Counted from the first letter of the stretch, positions 19,113 to 29,487 are shown. The stretch is DNA of 32,000 bases from Raphidiopsis brookii D9 (GCA_000175855.1 ACYB01000021.1:58656-90655), one strand, 5' to 3'. The notes: generated from the letters alone by a model not told the origin. Program-made: numbers and translations.

Positions 19113-19415
19113 ATGCAAATTGCGAAGGTGCGTGGCACAGTAGTCAGCACCCAAAAAGATCCCAGTCTCAGGGGTGTAAAACTACTCATGGTACAGCTGG
19201 TAGATGAGAACGGTAATCTTCTCCCAAAATATGAGGTAGCAGCTGACAGTGTGGGAGCAGGAGTAGATGAGTGGGTACTATTCAGTCGAGGTAGTGCCGC
19301 CCGTCAAGTTCTTGGCAATGAACAGCGGCCCCTAGATGCGGCAGTGGTGGCGATAATAGATACTATTCACGTCGAAGATCGTTTAGTTTACAGCAAAAAA
19401 GACCAGTATAAATAG
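19113..19415 (+). CDS. ccmL: Carboxysome pentameric vertex protein (EutN/CcmL)
   Basis: MQIAKVRGTVVSTQKDPSLRGVKLLMVQLVDENGN...VDEWVLFSRGSAAR. Confidence 0.95.
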   Translation: MQIAKVRGTVVSTQKDPSLRGVKLLMVQLVDENGNLLPKYEVAADSVGAGVDEWVLFSRGSAARQVLGNEQRPLDAAVVAIIDTIHVEDRLVYSKKDQYK

Positions 19416-19466
19416 TCAGGAGGTCACGACCACTGACAACAAGATTATTTCAGGAGGAATCCCACA

Positions 19467-21098
19467 ATGGTAGTCCGCAGCACGGCGGCACCCCCAACCC
19501 CATGGTCAAAGAGTTTAGCCGAACCGGACGTTCATCAAACCGCTTATGTACATCCTTCCTCTAACTTGATTGGGGATGTTCATCTTGGTCAGAATGTGAT
19601 TATTGCCCCGGGAACATCTATTAGAGCAGATGAAGGAACTCCCTTTTATATCGGTGAAAATACCAATATTCAGGATGGGGTGGTTATTCATGGCTTGGAG
19701 CAGGGCCGAGTTGTCGGGGATGACGGCGAGAAATATTCTGTATGGATTGGTAAAAATGCTTCCATGACCCACATGGCGCTGATTCATGGGCCAGCTTATG
19801 TAGGGGACAGTTGTTTTATAGGTTTTCGCTCCACTGTCTTTAATGCCAGAGTTGGGGCGGGTTGCATCGTCATGATGCACGCCTTAATACAAGATGTAGA
19901 AATACCTCCGGGTAAATATATAGCTTCCGGTTCAATTATTACAACACAACAGCAAGCTGATCGGTTGCCAGATGTACAGGCTCAAGATCAGCAGTTTGCC
20001 CACCATGTTGTAGGGATAAATCAGGCTTTACGAGCTGGTTATCGCTGCGCGGAAGATCTCAAATGTATTACCCCCATTCGGGATGAGTTAAAAGATCACG
20101 AAGAAAAACTTAATACAAGCATCACAGTTGAAGAGTTAGATAGGAGTAGTGAAGTGGCAGGCAAATTGAGTGCAGATACGGTAGAACAGCTACGGTATCT
20201 ACTGGAGCAAGGTTATAAAATTGGTACAGAGCATGTGGATCAAAGACGGTTTCGGACAGGATCCTGGCAAAGTTGCCAGCCCATTGAAACCCGCTCCTTG
20301 GGACAGGCAATTAGTGCCCTGGAAACTTGTTTAGTGGATCACGCTGGTGAGTACGTGCGTTTATTTGGGATTGATAGTGGCAAGAAGAGAGTTTTGGAAA
20401 CCATTATTCAACGTCCTGATGGTGTTGTGGTAGCTAGTTCTAGCTTTAAGGGTCCATCCCCAAGCAGCTATAATGGTAATGGTAATGGTAATGGCAAGTT
20501 TGCTGGTATTGATGCCCAAATCATCAATCAGATTAATCAGCTTTTGAGCAATGGTTATAAGATTGGAACGGAGCACGTAGATGAACGAAGATTCCGGACT
20601 GGGACTTGGCAAAGCTGTGAACCTATTCATTCTACCTCAACTCAAGAAGTAGTGGCAGCTTTAGAGTCGTGCTTAAACTCTCATCAAGGTGAATATGTTC
20701 GACTCATTGGTATTGACACCAAGGCTAAACGCCGAGTGTTGGAAAGTATTGTGCAGCGTCCTAATGGACAGGTAGTCACATCTGGTAACGGCAAAGTTTC
20801 CCTCTCTCCCGCTGGTGGTACCCCATCTGTTAGTAATCATCTAAGTGGAGAAGTTGTAGACCATCTCAGACAATTAGTCAGCGGTGGATTGAAGATTAGT
20901 CTAGAACACGTAGACCAAAGACGCTTCCGGATGGGAACCTGGTCTAGTGCAGGACCCATTGAAGCTAGAAATGAAAGAGAGGCGATCGCGACTGTAGAAT
21001 CTTATCTATCTGAGTATCCAGGTGAGTATGTAAGATTAATAGGCATTGATCCTCAAGTGAAGCGTCGTGTACTAGAAGTAATTATCCAACGTCCATAA
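19467..21098 (+). CDS. ccmM: Carboxysome assembly protein CcmM: gamma-carbonic-anhydrase domain plus three RbcS-like (SSUL) domains
   Basis: 543 aa; left-handed beta-helix/gamma-CA region ([58 protein letters not shown]), then three repeats of the xxLxxxGxKIxxEHVDxRRFRxGxW type. Confidence 0.97.
   Translation: MVVRSTAAPPTPWSKSLAEPDVHQTAYVHPSSNLIGDVHLGQNVIIAPGTSIRADEGTPFYIGENTNIQDGVVIHGLEQGRVVGDDGEKYSVWIGKNASMTHMALIHGPAYVGDSCFIGFRSTVFNARVGAGCIVMMHALIQDVEIPPGKYIASGSIITTQQQADRLPDVQAQDQQFAHHVVGINQALRAGYRCAEDLKCITPIRDELKDHEEKLNTSITVEELDRSSEVAGKLSADTVEQLRYLLEQGYKIGTEHVDQRRFRTGSWQSCQPIETRSLGQAISALETCLVDHAGEYVRLFGIDSGKKRVLETIIQRPDGVVVASSSFKGPSPSSYNGNGNGNGKFAGIDAQIINQINQLLSNGYKIGTEHVDERRFRTGTWQSCEPIHSTSTQEVVAALESCLNSHQGEYVRLIGIDTKAKRRVLESIVQRPNGQVVTSGNGKVSLSPAGGTPSVSNHLSGEVVDHLRQLVSGGLKISLEHVDQRRFRMGTWSSAGPIEARNEREAIATVESYLSEYPGEYVRLIGIDPQVKRRVLEVIIQRP
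20472..20495 (+). repeat. In-frame hexanucleotide tandem repeat (AATGGT)x4 (last unit AATGGC), encoding (Asn-Gly)4
   Basis: Read directly: aatggt aatggt aatggt aatggc in the linker between SSUL1 and SSUL2. Confidence 0.95.
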
Positions 21099-21228
21099 TA
21101 GGCGGGTAATAACTGATAAATTTGTAGGTTTAGCCAATTAAAACTTACCACTTAGCAATTCAATTGGCATCATCCCACAACCAATTTTTTGTGAAATCAT
21201 TGTTCCGGCTTCCGAGGTAGTAAAAGTC

Positions 21229-21939
21229 ATGTCTTCTGTGCCGTTGCTTCGCCTCAGCGACAAATTTGACCCTTATATTAGTGGTGAGGTGAATATTGAT
21301 CCTAGTGCCGTAATAGCACCGGGGGTAATACTCCAGGCGGCCCTTAACAGCAAAATTATTATTGGTCCTGGGGTTTGTATTGGCATGGGATCAATTCTCC
21401 AGGTGAGTCACGGCATTCTAGAAATAGAAATGGGGGCCAATCTGGGGGCCGGTTTTTTGATGGTTGGGGAAGGTAAAATAGGGGCTAATGCTTGTATTGG
21501 TGCGGGCACTACAGTATTTAACGATTCTGTAGCTGCTCAACAAGTAATACCAGCAGGTTCGATTTTGGGAGATGGCAGTCGGCAAGCAAATTCCCAGGAG
21601 TCTGGGGAATCTGTAGATGAGGGTGACACATCCAGTCAAAGTGGAGAGCAAGTGGTGAGCAAGACCCAATTTACCGCCACTTTTGTGAATTTTCAAACCC
21701 AGTCTACTTCCGTACCTCCACTTTCTCCCACGCCAAAAAGCCAGTCACCCCCGGAAACCGAATCTAGTACTGAGTCGCAAGAGATAAGTGATGGTAAACC
21801 CCGTAGTAGGGATCCTACGGAGCCTTATCCCTTAGGAACGCAAATCTACGGGCAAGGAAGCATTAACCGACTTTTAAGTACGTTGTTTCCCCATCGGCAG
21901 TCCCTGAGTGACCAGGATGCTAACAATGGTGCGGAGTAA
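21229..21939 (+). CDS. ccmN: Carboxysome assembly protein CcmN
   Basis: 236 aa; beta-helix N-terminus (VIAPGVIL...IIIGPGVCIGMGS), long Ser/Pro linker, C-terminal encapsulation-peptide-like helix YGQGSINRLLSTLFPHRQSLSD. Confidence 0.93.
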   Translation: MSSVPLLRLSDKFDPYISGEVNIDPSAVIAPGVILQAALNSKIIIGPGVCIGMGSILQVSHGILEIEMGANLGAGFLMVGEGKIGANACIGAGTTVFNDSVAAQQVIPAGSILGDGSRQANSQESGESVDEGDTSSQSGEQVVSKTQFTATFVNFQTQSTSVPPLSPTPKSQSPPETESSTESQEISDGKPRSRDPTEPYPLGTQIYGQGSINRLLSTLFPHRQSLSDQDANNGAE

Positions 21940-21998
21940 ATGTTAATTGTTAGTTGTATGGTCAGTCGTCATTTTTGCGATTATGCTGGTGAATAAAT

Positions 21999-22784
21999 AT
22001 GGAAGCATACAGTCAACCTACTCTTAGTACTATTCAATCGCCCCGTCGCCACAATAATCTCAAGGATACTGCCTTGGGCTTAGTTTCGACCTTGAGCTTC
22101 CCTGCCATAGTAGGGACAGCTGACATGATGTTAAAGTCTGCTGGAGTGCATCTAGTAGGCTATGAGAAGATTGGTAGTGGTCACTGTACGGCTATTGTGC
22201 GAGGTAATATTGCGGATGTACGTCTAGCTGTAGAGGCGGGGGTGCAAACGGCAGAACAGTTTGGACAGTTGGTGTCAAGTCTAGTTATTCCTAGACCTTA
22301 TCCTAATCTGGACATAGTTTTACCAATTAATCGTCTAACCCAAATTATGGCGGATGGCAGTTATAGTCGTCTAAGTAATCAAGCTATAGGTTTAGTAGAA
22401 ACCCGTGGATTCCCTGCCATGGTAGGTGCTTGTGATGCTATGCTCAAATCAGCAGAAGTTCACTTGGCTTCTTACGAGAAAATTGGTGCGGGACTGTGTA
22501 CTGCCATTATTAGAGGCACAGTAGCTAATGTAGCTGTAGCTGTAGAAGCGGGAATGTATGAAGCAGAAAGAATAGGGGAATTAAATGCTGTCATGGTGAT
22601 TCCTCGTCCCCTGGACGAGCTGGAGCAGACCTTACCCATTGCTAGTTGTTGGGTAGAAGAACATCAACCTTTAGATATATCCCTACATGTCAAAGAGAAA
22701 ATTGTTGACGCCCAAGCCGTAGAGTTACCCGATCTGGCCAAATTGCCGGTTAAAATTAGGGAAGAATTGCTGGTGGAAGAATAG
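21999..22784 (+). CDS. ccmO: Tandem BMC-domain shell protein CcmO
   Basis: Two BMC domains in one 261 aa chain ([37 protein letters not shown]... and AIGLVETRGFPAMVGACDAMLKSAEVHLASYEKIGAG...). Confidence 0.9.
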   Translation: MEAYSQPTLSTIQSPRRHNNLKDTALGLVSTLSFPAIVGTADMMLKSAGVHLVGYEKIGSGHCTAIVRGNIADVRLAVEAGVQTAEQFGQLVSSLVIPRPYPNLDIVLPINRLTQIMADGSYSRLSNQAIGLVETRGFPAMVGACDAMLKSAEVHLASYEKIGAGLCTAIIRGTVANVAVAVEAGMYEAERIGELNAVMVIPRPLDELEQTLPIASCWVEEHQPLDISLHVKEKIVDAQAVELPDLAKLPVKIREELLVEE

Positions 22785-22828
22785 TGTTTACTAAATATAT
22801 TGAGAACTGCTGTTAGAGGAGAACCACC

Positions 22829-23743
22829 TTGAACCAAGCGACAATGCACCAGTTGAAGGTGTTCGAGGCCGCTGCAAGACACGGCAGCTTTACCCGTGCT
22901 GCAGAGGAACTATTTCTTACCCAACCTACTGTCTCCATGCAGATCAAACAACTGACTAAATCCGTTGGTTTACCATTGTTTGAACAGGTGGGTAAACGCT
23001 TATTTTTGACTGAAGCTGGAAGGGAATTATTTGCTACCTGTCGTGAGATTTTTAATGTTATTTCCCAATTTGAAATAACTGTAGCAGATCTTAAAGGACT
23101 AAAACAAGGTAGCTTACGTTTGGCGGTCATTACTACTGCCAAATATATTATTCCCCGTTTGTTGGGACCTTTTTGTGAACTTTATCCAGGAATTGATGTT
23201 TCCCTACAGGTAACAAACCATGAAGGCATCTTGGAACGGATGACTGCCAATTTGGATGACTTGTATATTATGAGTCAACTGCCAGAGCATTTGGATATTC
23301 AGTTTCAACCTTTTTTAGAGAATCCTCTAATGGTTTTTGCGCCTGTGAATCATCCTTTGTCTACGGAAACCAACATTTCTTTGGAAAGATTGGCACAGGA
23401 ACCATTTATTATGCGCGAACCCGGTTCTGGTACTCGCCGTGCCATCCAGAGTTTGTTAGAGGAAAATGGTATTAAAGTCAAGGTTAAATTAGAACTGGGT
23501 AGCAATGAAGCCATTAAGCAGGCCATTGCTGGAGGTTTAGGGATATCGGTTTTATCCCGTCATACCTTATTGAGTGATGCTCACCAATTTAGTATTTTGG
23601 ATGCACAACATTTTCCTATCAAACGTACCTGGTATATAGTTCATCCTTCCGGTAAGCAGTTGTCCATCGTCGCTCGTACTTATTATGAATACCTGTTAGA
23701 AGCGGCAAAAAGAATTGTCGAAGAGGAAATTATTCAATCATGA
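22829..23743 (+). CDS. rbcR: LysR-family regulator, RbcR type
   Basis: 304 aa with TTG start preceded by AGAGGAG-like sequence; [65 protein letters not shown]. Confidence 0.85.
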   Translation: MNQATMHQLKVFEAAARHGSFTRAAEELFLTQPTVSMQIKQLTKSVGLPLFEQVGKRLFLTEAGRELFATCREIFNVISQFEITVADLKGLKQGSLRLAVITTAKYIIPRLLGPFCELYPGIDVSLQVTNHEGILERMTANLDDLYIMSQLPEHLDIQFQPFLENPLMVFAPVNHPLSTETNISLERLAQEPFIMREPGSGTRRAIQSLLEENGIKVKVKLELGSNEAIKQAIAGGLGISVLSRHTLLSDAHQFSILDAQHFPIKRTWYIVHPSGKQLSIVARTYYEYLLEAAKRIVEEEIIQS

Positions 23744-24783
23744 TAAACTCAGTTGCTGATGATGCCTGGTCAAACTTACTTAAACAGCTATTAGAACGCC
23801 AATCATTATCCCGCAATCAAGCAGCAACCCTTATGGAAGGGTGGATCCAGGAAAAGATTCCCCCGGAACTGTCGGGGGCAATATTAACCGCACTACATTT
23901 CAAGGGGGTGTCTCCAGAGGAATTAACTGGTATGGCCGGGGTCTTAAAGGGTTTATGTCTGAAAACCAAGCCAGAAAATACCCCCCTCATTGACACTTGT
24001 GGTACTGGTGGAGACGGAGCAGCTACCTTTAATATTTCTACAGCGGTCGCTTTTGTCGCTGCTGCTGCTGGTGTGCCGGTAGCTAAACACGGCGGACGTT
24101 CTGCTTCTAGCTTAACCGGTAGCGCAGATGTTTTAGAAGCTTTAGGAGTAAACCTAAACGCACCCGCTGAAAAAATACAAGCTGCGGTCAAAGAAGTGGG
24201 AATTACTTTTCTCTTTGCTCAGGGATGGCATCCGGCCATGAAAGCCGTGGCTCCATTACGACGCAGTTTAAAAGTTAGAACTGTATTTAATCTGTTAGGT
24301 CCATTAGTTAATCCCATGGCACCCACAGGACAAATCATAGGGGTATTTGATCCTACCTTGATTGGCACTGTGGCCCAAACCCTAAATAATTTGGGGACAC
24401 GAACGGCAATTGTATTACATGGTAGGGAAAAATTAGATGAAGCAGGATTGGGGGGAATCACCGACCTGGCGGTTTTGAATCAAGGGGAAGTGCAAATTAC
24501 TACCCTCGACCCCGAGGAAGCAGGAGTTACACCAGCATCCATTACCGCTTTAAAAGGTGGTAATGTAGTTGAAAATGCTGATATTTTAACCAGGGTGTTA
24601 CAGGGAAAAGGGACTACAGCTCAACAAGACATAGTAGCACTAAACACCTCCCTAGCGTTACAAGTCGCTGGTGTGGTTCCTTTGTTCCATCATCATCAGG
24701 GAGTAAACATGGCTAAGGAAATTCTGGCAACTGGTAGTCCTTGGGAAAAGTTGGAACAGCTCGTGGAATTTTTACGGAGGTAG
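23740..24783 (+). CDS. trpD: Anthranilate phosphoribosyltransferase
   Basis: 347 aa; [40 protein letters not shown]; ATGA overlap with rbcR stop. Confidence 0.95.
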   Translation: MINSVADDAWSNLLKQLLERQSLSRNQAATLMEGWIQEKIPPELSGAILTALHFKGVSPEELTGMAGVLKGLCLKTKPENTPLIDTCGTGGDGAATFNISTAVAFVAAAAGVPVAKHGGRSASSLTGSADVLEALGVNLNAPAEKIQAAVKEVGITFLFAQGWHPAMKAVAPLRRSLKVRTVFNLLGPLVNPMAPTGQIIGVFDPTLIGTVAQTLNNLGTRTAIVLHGREKLDEAGLGGITDLAVLNQGEVQITTLDPEEAGVTPASITALKGGNVVENADILTRVLQGKGTTAQQDIVALNTSLALQVAGVVPLFHHHQGVNMAKEILATGSPWEKLEQLVEFLRR

Positions 24784-25729
24784 AAGCTGTGTTTTGGGGA
24801 CGGAATTCCACAACATTCCGCTTAATGGTGATGTCGTAATTGCCAAAGAAATCATGTCCTAACAAACCAGTGGTTAGTGCTAACCCAGCAATGGCCACAG
24901 GCACTCTTTTTGCCATCACCCCCCCCACCTCCATAGAGTCAACATAGGCTATGGGAAATTCTATTCCTTGGGAACTGACCGTATTGGCCCTGGCCACACC
25001 AACGGGGACAACCCCTAAAGAGCGAGCCATTTCCTGGGTGATTACAGAACCACTGGCACCCGTATCCACAATCATTTCAAAACGACTTTTGCCATTAAAA
25101 GTTACTTCCACAATAGGAGTACCACCAATTCGTCGCTTAATGGGTACAATGTACACTTGGTCGTTAGTTTTCTCCGTTGGAATTTTCTTAGTGGCAATGT
25201 CTGGTGAAGGTGATTGGAAATCTGTTATGGTCGGCGTTTCCCTCACGGGAATAGGGGGAGAATAAAGTATTTTTCTCCCTGGGTTTGACCTGGTTACCAC
25301 TGGGGAATCTGGTGATAAGGAGGATCCTTTGCTAGGATTACCTTGTTGACGAGCTAGTTGGAGTTGACCCTCATACTCGATAATCTTTTTTCGAGCAAAA
25401 GCAAAATTGGGGCTATTGGGTCTGATTTGTTTTAATAGGGCGATCGCCCGGTTGAAATTACTCTCCACCAATTGCCAATCCTCAGCAGATTGAGCCCACT
25501 GACTAATCCTCACAGCACTAACACCTTTGTCTAAAGCCAATTCCAACACACTGACTTCTTGACTGTGTGGTAATCTTTTAGGTGGTTGTACTGCTGCTAA
25601 ATTACCCACATCCGTGGCACGGTTTATGCCTTGGTTGGTCTGTTTATGACCAGAACAGGCAACTATCAAAGTTGCTAAAGTACTAGTCATGACAATCACA
25701 CTTGTGCGTGGCAAAATAGAATCTAACAT
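24713..25729 (-). CDS. Retropepsin-like aspartic protease domain protein, probably secreted/membrane anchored
   Basis: 338 aa; [23 protein letters not shown] motif; hydrophobic N-terminus with LIVAC. C-terminus overlaps the trpD 3' end by 71 bp. Confidence 0.82.
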   Translation of the reverse strand: MLDSILPRTSVIVMTSTLATLIVACSGHKQTNQGINRATDVGNLAAVQPPKRLPHSQEVSVLELALDKGVSAVRISQWAQSAEDWQLVESNFNRAIALLKQIRPNSPNFAFARKKIIEYEGQLQLARQQGNPSKGSSLSPDSPVVTRSNPGRKILYSPPIPVRETPTITDFQSPSPDIATKKIPTEKTNDQVYIVPIKRRIGGTPIVEVTFNGKSRFEMIVDTGASGSVITQEMARSLGVVPVGVARANTVSSQGIEFPIAYVDSMEVGGVMAKRVPVAIAGLALTTGLLGHDFFGNYDITIKRNVVEFRPQNTASTSVKIPRAVPTFPKDYQLPEFP

Positions 25730-25844
25730 TGTTTCTTAGAGGTTAACCACCTGACCATCTCCCATTTTAACCTTTCAACAATTCAAACATACTTGAGATT
25801 TAACAATTTCTATCATAACTAACAAAATAGGTTACTAATTACTT

Positions 25845-27002
25845 ATGGCTATATCTGAAGCAATACCTGCCATTTTAGTTCTAGCAGACGGATCCGCATA
25901 TCGTGGCTGGTCTTTTGGAGCGATAGGAACAACAGTAGGAGAAGTAGTATTTAACACTGGTATGACTGGGTATCAAGAGGTACTAACCGATCCTAGTTAT
26001 ACAGGTCAAATAGTAATTTTTACTTATCCAGAGTTGGGAAACACGGGAGTTAATCCCGAAGACGACGAATCCGTAAGACCCCATATAAAGGGGGTAATTG
26101 CCCGCAATATATGTCATCAACCTAGTAACTGGCGTTCGACCCAGCCCCTAACAGAGTACTTGAAACAGCAACAAATTCCCGGTATATTTGGAATAGACAC
26201 AAGATCCATAACCCGGAAAATTAGAATTGATGGAGCAATGAATGGGGGTATTTCCACAACCATTTTAGAGGAAACAGAATTACTGGAGCTAGTACAAGCG
26301 GCACCAATTATGTCTGGACTAAACTTAGTGAAACAGGTAACCACAAAAAAAGTCTATGAATGGTCAGAACCGACCCCAGAAGCGTGGGAATTTAATTCCC
26401 AGTCCAGCGCCAAACAAGGAGAAGCTTTAACAGTAGTAGCATTAGATTTTGGGGTAAAAAGAAATATTCTCAGACGGTTGGCCAGTTATGGTTGTAGAGT
26501 GATAGTTGTTCCCGCCCACACAACCGCCGAAGAAATTCTGGCATATAATCCGGACGGTATTTTTCTCTCTAACGGTCCGGGGGATCCAGCAGCAGTAACA
26601 GAAGGGATCACCACTGCTAAAAGCCTGCTAGGAAGCAAAAAACCCATGTTTGGGATTTGTATGGGTCATCAAATACTAGGTCATGCCCTGGGCGCCCAAA
26701 CCTTTAAACTAAAATTTGGGCATCGGGGTTTAAATCAACCAGCTGGATTACAAACAAGAGTAGAAATTACCAGCCAGAACCATAGTTTTGCTATTGATCC
26801 GAATTCCCTACCATCAGCAGTGGTAGAGGTTAGTCATCTGAACTTAAATGATCAAACGGTTGCTGGAGTGCGTCATAAATCCCTACCCATTTTTTCCGTC
26901 CAGTATCACCCCGAGGCCAGTCCCGGTCCCCACGATGCTGATTACTTATTTGAGCAATTTGTGCTAGAAATGCAAACAGCACGTCAAAAGGGGGAAACTT
27001 GA
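25845..27002 (+). CDS. carA: Carbamoyl-phosphate synthase small subunit
   Basis: 385 aa; [58 protein letters not shown]. Confidence 0.97.
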   Translation: MAISEAIPAILVLADGSAYRGWSFGAIGTTVGEVVFNTGMTGYQEVLTDPSYTGQIVIFTYPELGNTGVNPEDDESVRPHIKGVIARNICHQPSNWRSTQPLTEYLKQQQIPGIFGIDTRSITRKIRIDGAMNGGISTTILEETELLELVQAAPIMSGLNLVKQVTTKKVYEWSEPTPEAWEFNSQSSAKQGEALTVVALDFGVKRNILRRLASYGCRVIVVPAHTTAEEILAYNPDGIFLSNGPGDPAAVTEGITTAKSLLGSKKPMFGICMGHQILGHALGAQTFKLKFGHRGLNQPAGLQTRVEITSQNHSFAIDPNSLPSAVVEVSHLNLNDQTVAGVRHKSLPIFSVQYHPEASPGPHDADYLFEQFVLEMQTARQKGET

Positions 27003-27058
27003 TCCCCAACAAGCGTTTATCGTTTAGTTATTTTAGTTAATAGGAACAGGAGGGAGTT

Positions 27059-27433
27059 ATTGCTGAAAATACAGAGGTACTAAATTTAACCGTGAGCCTA
27101 AGGGGCACTCGGGAAGTCCGGGATAACTGCCAGCTTTTCCGTCTCACGGGGTTGTTAGATGCCTTTTCGGAGCCAACATTTCGTAAGGTACTAGAGGCTA
27201 AAATTGGGGAAGGTCCAAACAATACAATTCTGGATCTGTCACAAATTGACTTTATAGACAGTTCAGGTTTAGGCGCCCTGGTACAATTAGCCAAGCAAGC
27301 CCAAAATGCCCAGGGAAGTTTCCAAATTGTCAGTAATGCCCGGGTGACCCAGGCAGTCAAGCTTGTGCGGTTGGAAAAATTTCTCTCCTTACAAGGTACG
27401 GTTGATGGGGCCATAAAAAACATCAAATCGTGA
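27059..27433 (+). CDS. STAS-domain protein (anti-sigma-factor antagonist-like); start ambiguous (ATT 27059 or GTG 27092)
   Basis: FRLTGLLDAFSEPTFRKVLEAKIGEGPNNTILDLSQIDFIDSSGLGALVQLAKQAQ. The ORF track starts at GTG 27092; the Shine-Dalgarno AGGAGG sits 5 nt before ATT 27059. Confidence 0.85.
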   Translation: MAENTEVLNLTVSLRGTREVRDNCQLFRLTGLLDAFSEPTFRKVLEAKIGEGPNNTILDLSQIDFIDSSGLGALVQLAKQAQNAQGSFQIVSNARVTQAVKLVRLEKFLSLQGTVDGAIKNIKS

Positions 27434-27449
27434 CAGTTGCCCAAAAACA

Positions 27450-27515
27450 TTCCCCAGTTGATAATGAGGAAGCGGAAAAAGTCCCAGTTTTTCTCTTCCT
27501 CATCTGACTGGGGAG
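27450..27515 (+). other. Long imperfect inverted repeat / stem-loop in the leader of the mini-RNase III gene
   Basis: CCCCAGT (27452-27458) pairs with ACTGGGG (27507-27513); ATGAGGAAG (27464-27472) pairs with CTTCCTCAT (27495-27503); AAAAA (27476-27480) pairs with TTTTT (27488-27492); 7 nt loop GTCCCAG. One outer T-A pair and a wobble extend it to 27450-27515. Confidence 0.8.
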
Positions 27516-27548
27516 AACCTAATTTCCAAGAAAAGGAATAATTAACAG

Positions 27549-28025
27549 GTGAAACCCCAGGAGGAAGATTCCCAAACCGAAGATGAAATTGCAACAGAGC
27601 AATCATCTCAAACTCTGGCATTGCTCGCAAACATTGCTCAATCTCCCCAGTTTCTATGTGAAGCCCAAGTAAAAAAAGTTTCTCCTGCTGCCTTAGCTTA
27701 TTTAGGTGATGCGATTTATGAACTTTATGTTAGAATGTTCTATCTGTGGCCACAGGAAAGACCGGAGATTTATCATAGCTTGGTAGTAGCGCAGGTGAGA
27801 GCAGAAAAACAGGCCTCACATTTGCGCTCTTTGATTCCTGAACTGAGGAATCATGAATTAGAAATCGTTCGCAGGGGGCGCAATGCAGCCACAGGGCGTC
27901 CCAAACGACTAGATCCTGAAATTTACCAGCAGGCCACAAGTTTAGAAACTTTAGTTGGCTATTTATATCTCACTGATTACCCCCGTTTAACAGAATTGCT
28001 ACAAAAACTCCCTCTGGAAAAATAA
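27549..28025 (+). CDS. mrnC: Mini-ribonuclease III (mini-III family)
   Basis: 158 aa; LAYLGDAIYELYVRMFYLWPQ, VVRAEKQASHLRSL-like VVAQVRAEKQASHL, RRGRNAATGRPKRLDPEIYQQATSLETLVGYLYLT. Confidence 0.9.
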   Translation: MKPQEEDSQTEDEIATEQSSQTLALLANIAQSPQFLCEAQVKKVSPAALAYLGDAIYELYVRMFYLWPQERPEIYHSLVVAQVRAEKQASHLRSLIPELRNHELEIVRRGRNAATGRPKRLDPEIYQQATSLETLVGYLYLTDYPRLTELLQKLPLEK

Positions 28026-28116
28026 TTAACTAGCTTACTTGTGTCATAGCAAAATAGTTACGGTTGATGAAGCCAGATGGAATCGTTTGTTCACATACCT
28101 ACTACAATAAATAACC

Positions 28117-29091
28117 ATGAGCTACCAACCTAAAAAGAACAATCACGTCAGGGAATCCGAACGTCCGCAACCAATAAAAATCAAAGGCAAGCGTGTCCTG
28201 AGTCATCCTATTCGCACTCACAAGAAAGCAGAGGTTATACTCCCTAAACCTCGTCTCTTAGACCAAGCTTACCAACCACCGGTACAAATTAAAAACTCTG
28301 AAGAACAAGATAATGATCTTATTTATGGGCGGTATCCTGTCCTAAGTGCTTTGGAAAGTCATCGTAATCTTAATCGTCTTTGGATTACTTCCAGGTTAAG
28401 GTATGATCCCAGATTTCATCATCTAGTTCTGCAAGCTAAAGATAATGGCACTGTAATTGACGAAGTTGACCCCAAGCGTTTAGACCAAATTACCAATGGT
28501 GCAAATCACCAAGGTGTAGCTGCTCAAATTGCTCCCTATACCTACACTGAATTAGAGGACTTAATTAGTCAAGCCCAAACTGTATCAGAACCAGTGATAG
28601 TTGTTGCTGATGGGATTACCGATCCCCACAACCTGGGAGCCATTATTCGCACTGCTGAGGCCATTGGTGCTCAGGGACTGGTAATTCCTCAAAGAAGAGC
28701 TGTTGGAATTACTTCTACTGTGGTCAAGGTCGCTGCTGGGGCTTTAGAAAACTTTTCTGTGGCTAGAGTTGTTAATTTAAGTCGCGCTTTAGAGCAACTA
28801 AAAGAGTCCGGATTTTGGATTTATGGAACTGCTGCTACTGGCAGTGAACCTTTACATAGCGTTCGGTTTACAGGCTCTACGGTTTTAGTGGTCGGATCCG
28901 AGGGTGAGGGTTTGAGTATGTTGACACAAAAATCCTGTGATGTTCTAGTCTCTATTCCCTTGCAGGGTAAGACACCTAGCCTTAACGCCTCCGTAGCAAC
29001 CGGTATGGCGCTTTATGAAATTTATCGCCAACGCTTGTCAAATACTCATTATCTTGATAAATTACATACATTTTCTGGGAAAAAACTTTGA
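28117..29091 (+). CDS. rlmB: 23S rRNA (guanosine-2'-O-)-methyltransferase RlmB / TrmH-family SpoU methylase
   Basis: 324 aa; [79 protein letters not shown]. Confidence 0.93.
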   Translation: MSYQPKKNNHVRESERPQPIKIKGKRVLSHPIRTHKKAEVILPKPRLLDQAYQPPVQIKNSEEQDNDLIYGRYPVLSALESHRNLNRLWITSRLRYDPRFHHLVLQAKDNGTVIDEVDPKRLDQITNGANHQGVAAQIAPYTYTELEDLISQAQTVSEPVIVVADGITDPHNLGAIIRTAEAIGAQGLVIPQRRAVGITSTVVKVAAGALENFSVARVVNLSRALEQLKESGFWIYGTAATGSEPLHSVRFTGSTVLVVGSEGEGLSMLTQKSCDVLVSIPLQGKTPSLNASVATGMALYEIYRQRLSNTHYLDKLHTFSGKKL

Positions 29092-29175
29092 AAAAATCAA
29101 CCTAACAGAGTATAAAGAAATGTAAAACCTAATTTGTTTTAATTTTGTTCTGTCACCTGTTAACACATTTATAAA

Positions 29176-29487
29176 TTGGTGGAAACCATGAAAAATATTT
29201 GGCAAAACCTTAAAGAGTCCTTAATCAACCTGAATAACAGTTTGGGTTTGGCTTGGTGGGTGGAGATTGTCACTCAGAATCCCCGTTGTACCTATTACTT
29301 TGGGCCTTTTTTAAGCCTGAACGAGGCCACAGCTGCCAGTAATGGCTATGTAGAGGACTTGGAAGCAGAAGGAGCACAGGGGATTACAATCAATGTTAAG
29401 CGTTGCAAACCTGATAATCTGACCATTGAAGACCTGGGGGGAAAGATTGACCGCAAAGTAAAGCCTATCTTTAGCGGTCAGGTTTAG
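29176..29487 (+). CDS. DUF1816-like small protein
   Basis: 103 aa; WWVEIVTQNPRCTYYFGPFLSLNEATAASNGYVEDLEAEGAQGITINVKRCKPDNLTI. Confidence 0.8.
   Translation: MVETMKNIWQNLKESLINLNNSLGLAWWVEIVTQNPRCTYYFGPFLSLNEATAASNGYVEDLEAEGAQGITINVKRCKPDNLTIEDLGGKIDRKVKPIFSGQV

Noticed and set aside
22116-22784. Tandem duplicated BMC domains in ccmO considered as an unusual fusion
   Set aside because: Tandem BMC architecture is the normal form of CcmO.
22813-23142. Minus-strand 109 aa ORF
   Set aside because: Antisense shadow of the conserved LysR N-terminus.
27037-27630. Minus-strand 197 aa ORF
   Set aside because: Antisense across the STAS gene, the hairpin and the start of mrnC; composition looks like a shadow ORF.
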